Source of the DNA: Sandaracinaceae bacterium
GTDB taxonomy: Bacteria > Myxococcota_A > Polyangia > Polyangiales > Sandaracinaceae
DNA: 64,000 bases
Reading direction: 5' to 3'
NCBI GenBank assembly: GCA_019694315.1
Contig: JAIBCE010000005.1
Location: 3,487-67,486, forward strand
Shown here piece by piece: positions 1 through 12,555 of this stretch. Positions within the stretch are counted from its first letter, which is position 1. Each line of letters begins with the position of its first letter. The position numbers and the translations under genes are program-made. The notes under the pieces were generated by a model, which saw only the letters and a list, made by a program, of their open reading frames with translations, did not search any database and was not told the origin of the DNA.

Positions 1-342
1 GACGGTCCGCTCGACCAGCGTCGCTGGCTCGGCAACCTCGTCATCCAGTTCACCGCCCCGATCGACGACCTCGAGTACCACGCGCTCTACTACGACGTGA
101 CGGACGGCGCGCGGAACTTCATCGACGACATGGCGATCAACGTGCACGACCGCACCCAGCGGACGTTCGTCCAGCGCATCACCCTTCCCCGCCCGCGCTT
201 TCGCCCCAATCGCCAGCTCGAGATGGTCGTGACCGTCCGTCGAGCCGAGGTGGGCCGCACGCGGTTCAACGTGCTGGGCGAAGAGGCGCAGCGCAGCGGC
301 GTCGTGACGTTCTCGGAAGAGGACACCCACGCGCGCGACTGA
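1..342 (+). CDS. 3' end of a hypothetical protein (partial, runs off the window start)
   Basis: Frame 1 is open from nt 1 to the stop at 340-342 and sits directly upstream of holA. No recognisable motif. Confidence 0.35.
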   Translation, partial: DGPLDQRRWLGNLVIQFTAPIDDLEYHALYYDVTDGARNFIDDMAINVHDRTQRTFVQRITLPRPRFRPNRQLEMVVTVRRAEVGRTRFNVLGEEAQRSGVVTFSEEDTHARD

Positions 343-370
343 GCCCGCTCCACCGTACGCGACACGAGAC

Positions 371-1399
371 GTGACCGAAGAGCTCGACATCCAGACCTTC
401 CTCGCCGAGGCACGGCAAGGGAGGTGGCGCCCCGTGAACGTCCTCGTCGGCGCCGAGACGCTGCTCATCGAGCGCGCCGCGCGCTACCTGAAGAAGGCGT
501 GCGTGGGCGACGACGGCGTGCGCGGCTTCAACGACGACCTCTTCCATGGGCAGGGCCTGGTGGGCGCCAAGGTGGTCGCCGCCGCGCGCACGCTGCCGAT
601 GATGGCCAAGACCCGCTACGTGCTGGTACGCGATCTCGAGGCGGTGGCCGCCTCCGAGCTGGACGTGCTCGCGGAGTACCTCGCCAAGCCCTCGCCGAGC
701 ACCTGCCTCGTGCTCACGGGCGACAAGCTGCTCGGCACGACCAAGCTGGCGAAAGCCGCGAAATCCCTTGCCAACAAAGGCGATGGCGCGTTCCTCGCGG
801 TCGAGCCCCTCAAGGGCGCCCTGCTCGAGCGCTTCGTGCTGGGCGAGGTGAAGCGGCGCCGCTGCACCATCGACGCCGACGCCCAGGCGCTGCTCGTGGA
901 CGCCGTGGGCAACGATCTCGCCGCGATGGAGGACGCCATCGAGCGCCTCTCTCTGTTCGTGTCGCAGGGTGACAAGCCTGGACAGATCACGCGGCACGCC
1001 GTCGAGGAGGTCGTGCAGCGGGTGCGCGTGGACACGATCTGGAAGCTCGTCGACGCGATCGCGCTCAAGCGCCAGAAGCTGGCGATGGAGGCGGTGGGGT
1101 CCCTGCTCGCCGACCGCGAGCAGCCCCTCGGCATCCTCGGACAGATCGCGCGGCAGCTTCGCATCGTGTCGCGCATGAAGGACGCGCTCGACGAGGGGCT
1201 CCGCCCTGACGACGCGGTCAAGCGCGCCGGCGCACCGCCGTTCAAGGCGCGCGATCTGTCGGAGTCGGCGCGCAAGTTCTCGCGACCCGATCTGCGACGC
1301 GCGTTCCGCGTGCTGGCCGAGACCGATCAGGCGCTCAAGGGCAGCAAGCGCGATCCCGAGACACTGCTCGAGGAGAGCGTCCTCGCGCTCACCCGCTGA
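371..1399 (+). CDS. holA: DNA polymerase III delta subunit-like
   Basis: 342 aa with a GTG start. Length and overall sequence pattern (N-terminal VLVGAETLLIERA..., helical C-terminal half) resemble HolA. Assigned by recollection of the family, not by search. Confidence 0.6.
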   Translation: MTEELDIQTFLAEARQGRWRPVNVLVGAETLLIERAARYLKKACVGDDGVRGFNDDLFHGQGLVGAKVVAAARTLPMMAKTRYVLVRDLEAVAASELDVLAEYLAKPSPSTCLVLTGDKLLGTTKLAKAAKSLANKGDGAFLAVEPLKGALLERFVLGEVKRRRCTIDADAQALLVDAVGNDLAAMEDAIERLSLFVSQGDKPGQITRHAVEEVVQRVRVDTIWKLVDAIALKRQKLAMEAVGSLLADREQPLGILGQIARQLRIVSRMKDALDEGLRPDDAVKRAGAPPFKARDLSESARKFSRPDLRRAFRVLAETDQALKGSKRDPETLLEESVLALTR

Positions 1400-1406
1400 C
1401 GCTCTC

Positions 1407-2189
1407 TCACCCGGCGCGGTGCAGCCAGACCCACGCGGCGACCGAGAGCACGGCGAGCGCGATCGAGACGAGGCCCCGCCCTCGCGTCGGGATGCGATCG
1501 CTCGCGCTGCGCGCACGCAGCGCAGGGGCCACCACCGCACCGAGCGTCGTCACCCCCAGCGTCATGCCGAGGACACCTGCGAGGAGCGCGGCGGTCTCGG
1601 CAGAGGCCCCGTGACGTGCGGTCCGCGCCGCCACGCCGTCCAGCAGCGGCGCGATCGCGAGCAGTCCGATCGCGCCCAGGGTCACGAGGCCGAGCAGCAT
1701 CGCTCGCACCGCGCGTGGCCACGCCGGCTCGACGATGCGGGCCGAGGGCGGCAACGGGTGCGCCTGCGCGGGACGACGCGCCGCGTGCGTGGACGCGAGC
1801 CACGCGACCGACGCCAGATACGCGGCGACCGCGAGGACGACGAGGGAGACATGCAGGGGTCCGAGGACCTCGCGCTCCGCGAGATCGGGCCGCTCGAGCG
1901 CGGCCACGAGCGCCAGCGGCGCCGCAGCGAAGAGCAGCGCCTCGGCACCGCGCCGCATCGCCCAGCGTGTCCGGCCGCGCGCGAGCGCATCGATCCACAC
2001 GCCGACGACCACACAGGCGGGGAACGCCACCGCGCTCGTGATCCCCGCCACGCCGCCGAGCCCGAGCTCCACCATCGGCAAGATCACGAGCACCCAGAGC
2101 CACGCAGAACATCCGAGCAGCACCAAACGAGCACGTCGCGCGATGGCGTCGACGTCCTGATTGGGGGCCGTGGAGACCTCGGAGTTCAC
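1407..2189 (-). CDS. polytopic membrane protein, unknown function
   Basis: 260 aa with several long hydrophobic A/L/V/G-rich segments. Convergent with holA. Confidence 0.5.
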   Translation of the reverse strand: MNSEVSTAPNQDVDAIARRARLVLLGCSAWLWVLVILPMVELGLGGVAGITSAVAFPACVVVGVWIDALARGRTRWAMRRGAEALLFAAAPLALVAALERPDLAEREVLGPLHVSLVVLAVAAYLASVAWLASTHAARRPAQAHPLPPSARIVEPAWPRAVRAMLLGLVTLGAIGLLAIAPLLDGVAARTARHGASAETAALLAGVLGMTLGVTTLGAVVAPALRARSASDRIPTRGRGLVSIALAVLSVAAWVWLHRAG

Positions 2190-2261
2190 GGCCCGACTCT
2201 ACACGCCGTGTGGGAGCAACGAGAGTCCCCCTTCCGGTCCGTCTCCAGTATCATCGGCCGC

Positions 2262-5300
<3,039 letters not shown>

Positions 5301-5598
5301 GCGCTTCGGATGGGGCGTTTCTCCCCGGAACCTCCCGCGGCCGTGACGTGAGTGTCCTCACGGATCGTGCGGACCGTGACGTTGGTCGCTCGGCCTCGCG
5401 TCACGGTCCTGACGACCGCGGCGCGACCGCCTCCGACGGAAACGAAGCGTTCGTCGATCGCGCCTCCCCGGCCCACCAGACACGCGGTACCGTGGGGCCG
5501 CGGGCTCACGGTGATGCGTGAGCCCTTTGTGCATCGAACTTGCAGTCGGCGCGCGCAGCGCCGTGGGTCGGCCACCGCGCCTCGGGAGTGCTCGTCTC

Positions 5599-7521
5599 AT
5601 GAACATCTCGCCTCGTCGTTTCGCGAGCTCCGGTCTGGCCACCGGCGCCGCGACAGCCCTGGTCTCGTCCCTCTGCATCACCCTCTCCGGCTGCGCGGCG
5701 GACTCCGTCGCGCGCTCGGAACAGCCCATCGTCGGGGGAACCCGCGGCGGCAACCCTTCGGTCCTCTGGCTCTACGACACGTCGCTCGGTGCGATGTGCA
5801 CGGCGTCGCTCATCGCGCCGCGCGTGATCCTCACCGCCAAGCACTGCGTGCAGCACTCCGGGGCCACGGGGCCGGCGCCTGCGAGCAACTTCATCATCGG
5901 CACGGGTGACAACGTCGGTCGCGGCTCGAGCTACCGAGCGGTCAGCGTGTACACCACGCCCGGCACCTGGACCGAGGGCGGTCGCACGGGCCTCTCGGGC
6001 GCGCTCGTCGGGGTCGACGTCGCGCTCATCGTGCTCGCCAGCGAGGTGACGGGGCTCGAGCCGATCCCGCTCATGCGCACGAGCCCGCGCGGGCTGGCCG
6101 GGCAGACGTTCACCGCGACCGGCTTCGGGCAGATCCCGAGCGGCAGCGCGGGCGTGAAGTACACGACCACAGGCACGATCCAGAGCACCGACTCGAGCCT
6201 GATCTACGTGGGCGCTGTCACCTGCCAGGGCGACTCGGGCGGTCCGATGATCACGGAGGCCGGAGAGATCGCGGGCGTGGTGTCGTTCGGCACTGGCTCC
6301 TGCGGCTCGGGCTACGGCGCCTACAACCAGATCTATCCCTTCTTCGACATGATCGACATGGCGCTCGAAGAGGGCGGCACCTGCATCGCGAGCGGGGCCG
6401 AGGTCTGCGACGGCCGCGACAACGACTGCAACGGCGAGGTCGACGAGACGTGCACGCCGCTCGGTGAGGCCTGCAGCACCGACGACGAGTGCGTCGGAAA
6501 CCAGTGCCGCGACACCATCGCTGGCCGGCTCTGCGCTCACACCTGCGACGCGCGCAACCCCACCGTCGGCTGCGAAGAGGGCTTCTACTGCGCGGGCCTT
6601 CCCGGCGAGTGCGCCGGCTCGTGCGTCCCGGTGGTCGGGACGATGGGCAACGCCGCGATCGGCGCAGACTGCACGGACAACCTCCAGTGCGCGTCGCTCT
6701 TCTGCACCGATCCGGGCGATGGCCGCGCGCGCTGCCTCCAGCCGTGCCAAGCCGACACTGCCGCGTGTCTCGTGGGCGAGGTCTGCGCGAACGTCCATGG
6801 CGCCTGCGGGGCGTGCATCGACGCCTCGCTCGTCGCGGGCTCGCACAACCTCGGTGAGCCGTGCACCGACGGCTCGATGTGCTCGACGGGCACCTGCTTC
6901 GAGGACGTGTTCCCAGGTCGTCCGTCGCGCTCCTACTGCACGCGGACGTGCGCGAGCGACGAGGACTGCGGCGACCGCTTCCACTGTCGCACGACGGACA
7001 TGGGCGACCTCTGCGTGGCCGGCCCGCGCGGGGGCCTCGGCGATCCTTGCGCCGAGAACACGGACTGCATCGACGGCAGCTTCTGCGCGGCGCGCGGTGA
7101 GCAGCGCTGGTGCGCCGCGTTCTGCAGCGACGCCGAGCCCTGCCAGGACGGCTTCGAGTGCGTCGAGGCGAGCGCGGGTGTCTTCATCTGCGCGCCGGAC
7201 GCAGGCATCGCGGGCGACGACTGCACCGTGGCCGAGGACTGCCTCTCGGGCGTGTGTGCGGCGGGCGCGAGCTCGGACGCGCCTGGCGCCTGCACGCGCG
7301 TCTGTGGACCGGACGCGCCCTGCCCCTCGGGCCTCGAGTGCCGCCGCACCGCCGACGGAATCACCGCCGTCTGCGTGTGGCCGCCCCCCAGGCCCGTGGC
7401 GCCGCCTTCGGGTGGCTGCACGGTCGCGCGCACCGCGCGCTCGAGCGATGCGCTCGCGGTGCTCGGTCTGACGGCGCTCCTCGGCCTCGTGGCGCGTCGC
7501 GCGCGCCGAGGTGCCAAGTGA
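5599..7521 (+). CDS. secreted trypsin-like (S1) serine protease with Cys-rich repeats and MYXO-CTERM-like tail
   Basis: ATG at 5599. Lipoprotein-type signal (...ITLSGC). IVGG, TAKHC and GDSGGP motifs. One CDGRDNDCNGEVDE motif, five ~50-aa six-Cys repeats, and a C-terminal GGC + hydrophobic stretch + RRARR. Confidence 0.85.
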   Translation: MNISPRRFASSGLATGAATALVSSLCITLSGCAADSVARSEQPIVGGTRGGNPSVLWLYDTSLGAMCTASLIAPRVILTAKHCVQHSGATGPAPASNFIIGTGDNVGRGSSYRAVSVYTTPGTWTEGGRTGLSGALVGVDVALIVLASEVTGLEPIPLMRTSPRGLAGQTFTATGFGQIPSGSAGVKYTTTGTIQSTDSSLIYVGAVTCQGDSGGPMITEAGEIAGVVSFGTGSCGSGYGAYNQIYPFFDMIDMALEEGGTCIASGAEVCDGRDNDCNGEVDETCTPLGEACSTDDECVGNQCRDTIAGRLCAHTCDARNPTVGCEEGFYCAGLPGECAGSCVPVVGTMGNAAIGADCTDNLQCASLFCTDPGDGRARCLQPCQADTAACLVGEVCANVHGACGACIDASLVAGSHNLGEPCTDGSMCSTGTCFEDVFPGRPSRSYCTRTCASDEDCGDRFHCRTTDMGDLCVAGPRGGLGDPCAENTDCIDGSFCAARGEQRWCAAFCSDAEPCQDGFECVEASAGVFICAPDAGIAGDDCTVAEDCLSGVCAAGASSDAPGACTRVCGPDAPCPSGLECRRTADGITAVCVWPPPRPVAPPSGGCTVARTARSSDALAVLGLTALLGLVARRARRGAK

Positions 7522-9350
7522 GCGCCTCGTCCCGCGCGCTCGCAGGCCTCGCCGCGCTCGGCCTGACCTCGGCCCTCACCGCGTGCGCAGCGCAGCCCAT
7601 CGATGTCGCCCGCGAGGCGATCGTCGGTGGCACGCGCGAGAGCGGCTACCCCGCGGTCTTCTTCATGTACCGGACCGACGGAGCGGCGTGCACCGCGTCG
7701 CTCATCTCGCCGCGGGTCGTGCTCACGGCACGCCACTGCGTCGTCAACGGCAGCGGCACGGCGGCGGCGTCGCCCGGGATCTTCCGGCTGTACGTGGGCA
7801 GCGATCCGCGCTCGTTCACGGCGGAGTATCGCGTCTCGCGCGTCGAGATCATCCCGGGCTCCACGGCGGACATCGGGAGCGGACGCGCCGAGGATCTAGG
7901 CCTCCTCATCCTCAGCAGCCCTGCGCGGGAGACACCCTACGACATCGCGCGAGACACCACGCCCGGCTCGATCGTCGGCGCCACGAGCACGGCGGTGGGC
8001 TTCGGAGAGATTCCTTCGGGCAGCTCCGGCGTGAAGTACCGCGTCAGCACGAGCGTGAACGAGGCCTACTCGGGCCTGCTCTTCGTGGATCCCACGGTGT
8101 GCTCCGGCGACTCGGGCGGGCCTCTCATCGGACCCGACGGGCTCATCTATGGCGTCGCGTCGTTCATCTACAGCCCGGACATGATGAGCGAGCCTCGCTG
8201 CGGCACGGCGCCCGGCGTCTACAACCAGATCTGGGCCCAGGTCGCGTGGATCAACAGCGTGATCGAGTCCGTGGGCGACGGCTGCTTCCCGGAGACCGAG
8301 GTCTGCGACGGAATCGACAACGACTGCAACGAGATGGTCGACGAGGTGTGCTCGCCGCTCGGTGCGCCGTGCACCGACGGGAGCGAGTGCTCGGGCGGCC
8401 TCTGCGCCGGCACGCCGGCGGGCTCGGTCTGCTCGCAGACCTGCGATCCCATGCGGCCCACGCTCGGCTGTCCGCCGAGCTTCTACTGCGCTTCCGAGCC
8501 AGGCTTCTGCGACGGCTTCTGCGTGCCGGGCGCGCTCGGCGTGGCGCCTCTCGACACGGCCTGCACGGCCGACACCGACTGCGAGAGCGGCCTCTGCCGC
8601 GATCCGGGCGATGGTCGCCGTCGCTGCCTCGACCCCTGCCGAGGCGATCGCGGTGACTGCCTCGACGGCGAGGTGTGCGTGGCCGCCGAGGGCGCGTGCT
8701 CGGTCTGCATCGACGCCAGCGAATTCGGGAGCCCCCACGGCCTCGGAGAGGTCTGCAACGACAACAGCCAGTGCCGCTCGGGCCTCTGCGTGATGCGTGC
8801 GGGCGTGGGCGAGTGCACGAGCCCGTGCACGACGATCGACGAGTGCCCCGAGGGCTTCTCGTGCGTCGAGGGTGGCTGCCAGCTCGAGCGCGAGCAGCCC
8901 GTCGGCGGTCCGTGTCTCTCGAGCGTGGACTGTGCGCTCGGCGCCGTCTGCGCGGCTCAGGGCGATCGGCGCTGGTGCACCTCGACGTGCACGGCGGACG
9001 CCCCATGCCCCACGGGATTCCAGTGCCTCGACGCGGGCGGCTCGATGATCTGCGCGCCGATCGGCGGGCTCGTCGGCGAGGGATGCTCGAGCGACGGCGA
9101 GTGCTCGACGGGCATGTGCCGCGACGGCGCGTGCACGCTCCCCTGCTCCGCCGATAACCGCTGCGGTCCCGGCTTCCTCTGCGAGGCGCTCGGCGACGGC
9201 TCGCGCGCGTGCTTCGCGCCCAACGCACCGACGCCCCCGTCGCGCTCTCCTGGCTGCAGCGCGCAGTCGTCGTCGGGCGCCCCGGGGCCACTCATGTCGC
9301 TCGCCCTCGCCGCAGCGATCGGCCTGACCCTCTCGCGCCGCCGGCGCTGA
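7518..9350 (+). CDS. secreted trypsin-like (S1) serine protease paralog with Cys-rich repeats and MYXO-CTERM-like tail
   Basis: The GTG at 7518 overlaps the upstream stop (GTGA). IVGG, TARHC and GDSGGP motifs. CDGIDNDCNEMVDE motif, repeated six-Cys modules, and a C-terminal PGCSAQSS...LALAAAIGLTLSRRRR. Confidence 0.85.
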   Translation: MSASSRALAGLAALGLTSALTACAAQPIDVAREAIVGGTRESGYPAVFFMYRTDGAACTASLISPRVVLTARHCVVNGSGTAAASPGIFRLYVGSDPRSFTAEYRVSRVEIIPGSTADIGSGRAEDLGLLILSSPARETPYDIARDTTPGSIVGATSTAVGFGEIPSGSSGVKYRVSTSVNEAYSGLLFVDPTVCSGDSGGPLIGPDGLIYGVASFIYSPDMMSEPRCGTAPGVYNQIWAQVAWINSVIESVGDGCFPETEVCDGIDNDCNEMVDEVCSPLGAPCTDGSECSGGLCAGTPAGSVCSQTCDPMRPTLGCPPSFYCASEPGFCDGFCVPGALGVAPLDTACTADTDCESGLCRDPGDGRRRCLDPCRGDRGDCLDGEVCVAAEGACSVCIDASEFGSPHGLGEVCNDNSQCRSGLCVMRAGVGECTSPCTTIDECPEGFSCVEGGCQLEREQPVGGPCLSSVDCALGAVCAAQGDRRWCTSTCTADAPCPTGFQCLDAGGSMICAPIGGLVGEGCSSDGECSTGMCRDGACTLPCSADNRCGPGFLCEALGDGSRACFAPNAPTPPSRSPGCSAQSSSGAPGPLMSLALAAAIGLTLSRRRR

Positions 9351-9367
9351 GCGAATCGGGCGATCCG

Positions 9368-9415
9368 CCCCTCTGCCCGGGCGAAGCTCTGGGCTGGGCC
9401 ACTCTGGGCAGAGGG
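9368..9415. terminator. hairpin between convergent genes (possible bidirectional terminator)
   Basis: CCCTCTGCCC (9368-9377) pairs with GGGCAGAGGG (9406-9415), a 10-bp stem around a 28-nt loop. It lies between the ends of the protease gene and the SORL gene. Confidence 0.35.
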
Positions 9416-9434
9416 ACTCGCTCGTGCCCCCCGG

Positions 9435-9893
9435 TCAGCGGGGCTCGAGCGGGAGCTGCCACACGAACACCCCGTCGCGCGAGCACCGGAGGCGCACCCG
9501 GAGCACGTCGACCCGGCGGAGCACGACGGGGACGCGGACCACCGGAAAAGGGACGTCGGGGGACAGGTCGCACGCGAAGAGCCGTTCGGCGCCGTAGAGA
9601 GCCTCGATCCACGCGATGTGGTGATCGTGTCGCTGCTCGTGGAGGGGCTCGCCGATCCGCACGACCAGGTCGAACGAACGGCCGAGGCGCGGGCGCGCAG
9701 GCAGCGCGACGGCGGGCAGGTGCATGCGGTCGGCGCCCGTGACGTCGTTGGCGAGGGGCCGGCCCGGATCGTCGGCGCCTTGCCGACAGAGCTCCTGCGC
9801 AAGGGCGGGCTCGGTCCACGTCGCCGAGAGCCCCAGGGCCGAGAGCGCGCCCGCGCTGGAGACGAACCTGCGGCGGGCGATGCGCTCGCTCAT
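9435..9893 (-). CDS. Tat-signal SORL (superoxide-reductase-like / desulfoferrodoxin-fold) domain protein
   Basis: ATG at 9893. Twin-arginine motif RRRFVSSAG. HEQRHDHHIAWIEAL resembles the H..H.I.WIE ferrous-site segment of the neelaredoxin/desulfoferrodoxin family. Confidence 0.5.
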   Translation of the reverse strand: MSERIARRRFVSSAGALSALGLSATWTEPALAQELCRQGADDPGRPLANDVTGADRMHLPAVALPARPRLGRSFDLVVRIGEPLHEQRHDHHIAWIEALYGAERLFACDLSPDVPFPVVRVPVVLRRVDVLRVRLRCSRDGVFVWQLPLEPR

Positions 9894-10126
9894 CGTCCGC
9901 AACGCTAGCACGCGCCCGCTGGCCTACGGCGAGGCGACCGTGGCCACCGAAGGCGGGGAGGGAAGGACGCTGACGCCGGGCCGTAGACTCTTCGGAACCA
10001 GGCTCACGCGCGGCGGAGAAACGTCGGAACTTCTCCGGAGCGCGGGTGTCCAAGGCCTCACGCGGTCGCGTGTCCATCTCGTGACCGGCCCGATGTCGCG
10101 GGCTTGTCGAGCCATTCTTCGGCCGA

Positions 10127-10166
10127 CACACGAGAAGCTCTGGGCTGGCCACACGAGAAGCTCTGG
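10127..10166 (+). promoter_or_regulatory. 16-nt direct repeat x2 immediately upstream of the 10176 start
   Basis: ACACGAGAAGCTCTGG occurs at 10127-10142 and 10151-10166 (24-nt period). A related copy, GAAGCTCTGGGCTGGGCCAC, lies at 9383-9402 inside the hairpin loop. Confidence 0.3.
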
Positions 10167-10175
10167 AGGACGTCG

Positions 10176-10742
10176 ATGGAGATCAAGCTGAACCTCGGGA
10201 TCTTGGTGTTGCTCGGCGCTGTCTGGGCATCGCTCACGGTCACCGAGGAATCAGCGGCCCTCGACCCGAGCCTCGAGTCCACCCACGAGCTCTCCGCCCT
10301 CGAGGATCGGTGGGCGACCCACCGCGACGATCCGGCGCTGGCCGAGGAGCTCGCCGACGCCTACCTCCGCCTCGATCGTCCCGAGCTCGCCGTGGCTGCG
10401 CTCATGACCGCCGACGACGACGTCCTGTCCGATCCCGCCGTGGCCCACCGCCTCGCCCGCGGCTACGAGCGCACTGGCCGCCTCGAGGACGCGCTCTCGA
10501 CCTCCTCGCTCGCCCTGGCCCGCTGCGGTCGCGCGCTCGGTGTGGCGGGCTCGTCCGAGGCCACGCCGGTGCCCGAGCACGGCTGCTCGGAGCGCACCTA
10601 CGCCGCCCTCGACGTGCACCACGCGGCGCTCGCCCGCATGCACGCCTGGGGTGTGACCGATCCGCGCACCGATGCCCGCGCCGACCGCGCCTACGGCATG
10701 GCCGTGCGCGCCGCTCGCCTCGTCAGCGCCTCCGCCAACTGA
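10176..10742 (+). CDS. secreted hypothetical protein (helical, TPR-like)
   Basis: ATG at 10176. N-terminal signal-like LGILVLLGAVWASL. The rest is helical and acidic, with no catalytic motif. Confidence 0.45.
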   Translation: MEIKLNLGILVLLGAVWASLTVTEESAALDPSLESTHELSALEDRWATHRDDPALAEELADAYLRLDRPELAVAALMTADDDVLSDPAVAHRLARGYERTGRLEDALSTSSLALARCGRALGVAGSSEATPVPEHGCSERTYAALDVHHAALARMHAWGVTDPRTDARADRAYGMAVRAARLVSASAN

Positions 10743-10792
10743 CCGGGGCGCCAACGGACCGGGGTCACTCCACGCCTCGTAACCCCCCGGGA

Positions 10793-11779
10793 TCATTCGG
10801 CTCCGGCGGGCACTTTGACGCGACCCCCCGTCCGGGCGGGTCGAGCGCCATCCTGGCGCTCCTGGGACCGCACCACGAGGGCCACACCCGCCGCGACCAG
10901 GACCGCCGCCACGCCGAGCCGCGCCGTCGGCACCTCGCCCAGCACCCACCACGCAAGCAGCGACGCGACGATCGGCTGCACGAAGATGTACGTGGCCACC
11001 AGCGACGGCGTCGCGAAGCGCAGCGCCCAGGCGTTGGCGAGGTACGTGAACACAGTCGCGACCAGCACCACATAGAGCACGAGCGCCCACGCGCGCGGAC
11101 CGAGCGCGGGCGCGTCCTCGAGGAGCGCAGGGCCACCGAGCGGCAGCGCGAGGAGCGCGCCCCACGTGAAGCCCCACGCCACGACCGGCAGGCTCCCGTG
11201 GCGCGTCGCGTAGCGCCGGATGAGCACGAGGTAGATCGCGTACACGAACGAGTTCGCGGTCACGAGCAGGTCACCCCACCACGCCAGGTCGCCGGCGCTC
11301 GTCGCGAGCGCATCGGGCAGGACGAGCGCCACCACCCCCGAGATCGCGATGCCGATGCCCGCGAGCACACCGCCACGCGCGGGCTCACCCACTCCGAGCC
11401 GCGGCGCGAGCGTGAAGAGCCCGAGGCCCACGAGCGCCGTGAAGACCGGGATCGTCGCCACGAGCAGCGTGGCGTGGGTGGCGGTGGTGAAGCGCAGCCC
11501 CGTGAGGAACAACCCCTGGTTGCCGAAGATCCCGAGCGTCGCGCACGCCGCGATCCCCGCGCGATCACGCCACGTCATCGGCTCGGCCCGCGTGGGTCGA
11601 GCGCGATCGAGCGCGACCAGCACGAGGCCCGCGCCGGCCAACCGCACGAGCGCGAGGGCGAGCGGATCGAGCTCGCGCACGAGGATGCGACCGGCCACCG
11701 AGAGCGACGCGAACGCGAGCTGCACCGCGAGGAGCGCCGCGTGGATCCGCGAGGCCGGCGGCCGCGCGCTCTCGCTCAC
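10793..11779 (-). CDS. EamA/DMT family transporter
   Basis: 328 aa from the GTG at 11779. About 10 hydrophobic segments in two halves typical of EamA repeats. The track ORF (10793..13597) runs on far upstream through other genes and was trimmed. Confidence 0.75.
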   Translation of the reverse strand: MSESARPPASRIHAALLAVQLAFASLSVAGRILVRELDPLALALVRLAGAGLVLVALDRARPTRAEPMTWRDRAGIAACATLGIFGNQGLFLTGLRFTTATHATLLVATIPVFTALVGLGLFTLAPRLGVGEPARGGVLAGIGIAISGVVALVLPDALATSAGDLAWWGDLLVTANSFVYAIYLVLIRRYATRHGSLPVVAWGFTWGALLALPLGGPALLEDAPALGPRAWALVLYVVLVATVFTYLANAWALRFATPSLVATYIFVQPIVASLLAWWVLGEVPTARLGVAAVLVAAGVALVVRSQERQDGARPARTGGRVKVPAGAE

Positions 11780-12444
11780 GTGCTCGACCTGCGAAGCCGC
11801 ACCGTGCGACGCGACGCGCGCTTGAACGGCAGCTCGTAGCGCACGTCGGCCTCGAGCACGTGGCCCTCGGGTGGCGCTTCCTGCGCGAGGAGCACCAGCG
11901 TGGAGGGCGCGAGCGCCAAGCCCACCTCGGCCCACACGCGCGGCTCGAACGTGGCGCGCGCACACGACACCGAGGGGCTCGCCATCGACGCCGCGACGGC
12001 AGGAGGAAGGGAGGGACGCCTCGGCTCGACCCGCCCCTCGTGCGCACGAACGCGCGGTGCGAGATCGAGCGAGCCCATCACCGTGCGCAGGAACGCCACG
12101 CGCTTTCCCTTCGGCTCGAGCAGCGCGACCGCGAGGTCCTCGCGCAGGATCGCGAGCGCGAGCGCGGGCCCGCCTGCGCCCGAGCCGACGTCGAGGAGCG
12201 CCTCGCCTTCGTGCACGAGCTCGCGGCGCGCGAGCACGAGCGCGTCGGCGACGAGGATCTCCGCGATCTCGCGCGGACCGTCGGCGGCGGTGAGATCGAG
12301 GTGCTGGTTCCACTCGCTCGCCAGCCTGCAGAAGGTGGCGACACGCTCGCGCAGCCGCGACCACACGACCTCGTCGGGCACAGGCCGCCCCAGCGCCTCG
12401 GCGAGGGCTTCGATCGCTTGCTCGTACGGGTCGCTCACGCTCAC
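11776..12444 (-). CDS. rsmG: 16S rRNA (guanine527-N7)-methyltransferase
   Basis: 222 aa. SAM-binding LLDVGSGAGGPALALA. Length and pattern match GidB/RsmG. 4-nt overlap with the downstream EamA start. Confidence 0.7.
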   Translation of the reverse strand: MSVSDPYEQAIEALAEALGRPVPDEVVWSRLRERVATFCRLASEWNQHLDLTAADGPREIAEILVADALVLARRELVHEGEALLDVGSGAGGPALALAILREDLAVALLEPKGKRVAFLRTVMGSLDLAPRVRAHEGRVEPRRPSLPPAVAASMASPSVSCARATFEPRVWAEVGLALAPSTLVLLAQEAPPEGHVLEADVRYELPFKRASRRTVRLRRSST

Positions 12445-12555
12445 GGCGCGCGAACTCTGACGTCGCTCGGCGACGCGGACAACCGATGATCCGCGCTGGC
12501 CTCCTCGACCTTTGGGCCACGATCACACCCTGCACTTCTCGGGGTGGGCCGACGA

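Noticed and set aside
1419-2261. N-terminal 281-codon extension of the kinase ORF
   Set aside because: The extension is highly Arg/His/Asp-rich, overlaps the opposite-strand membrane protein gene, and the kinase family typically starts at the zinc ribbon. An in-frame GTG exists at 2262.
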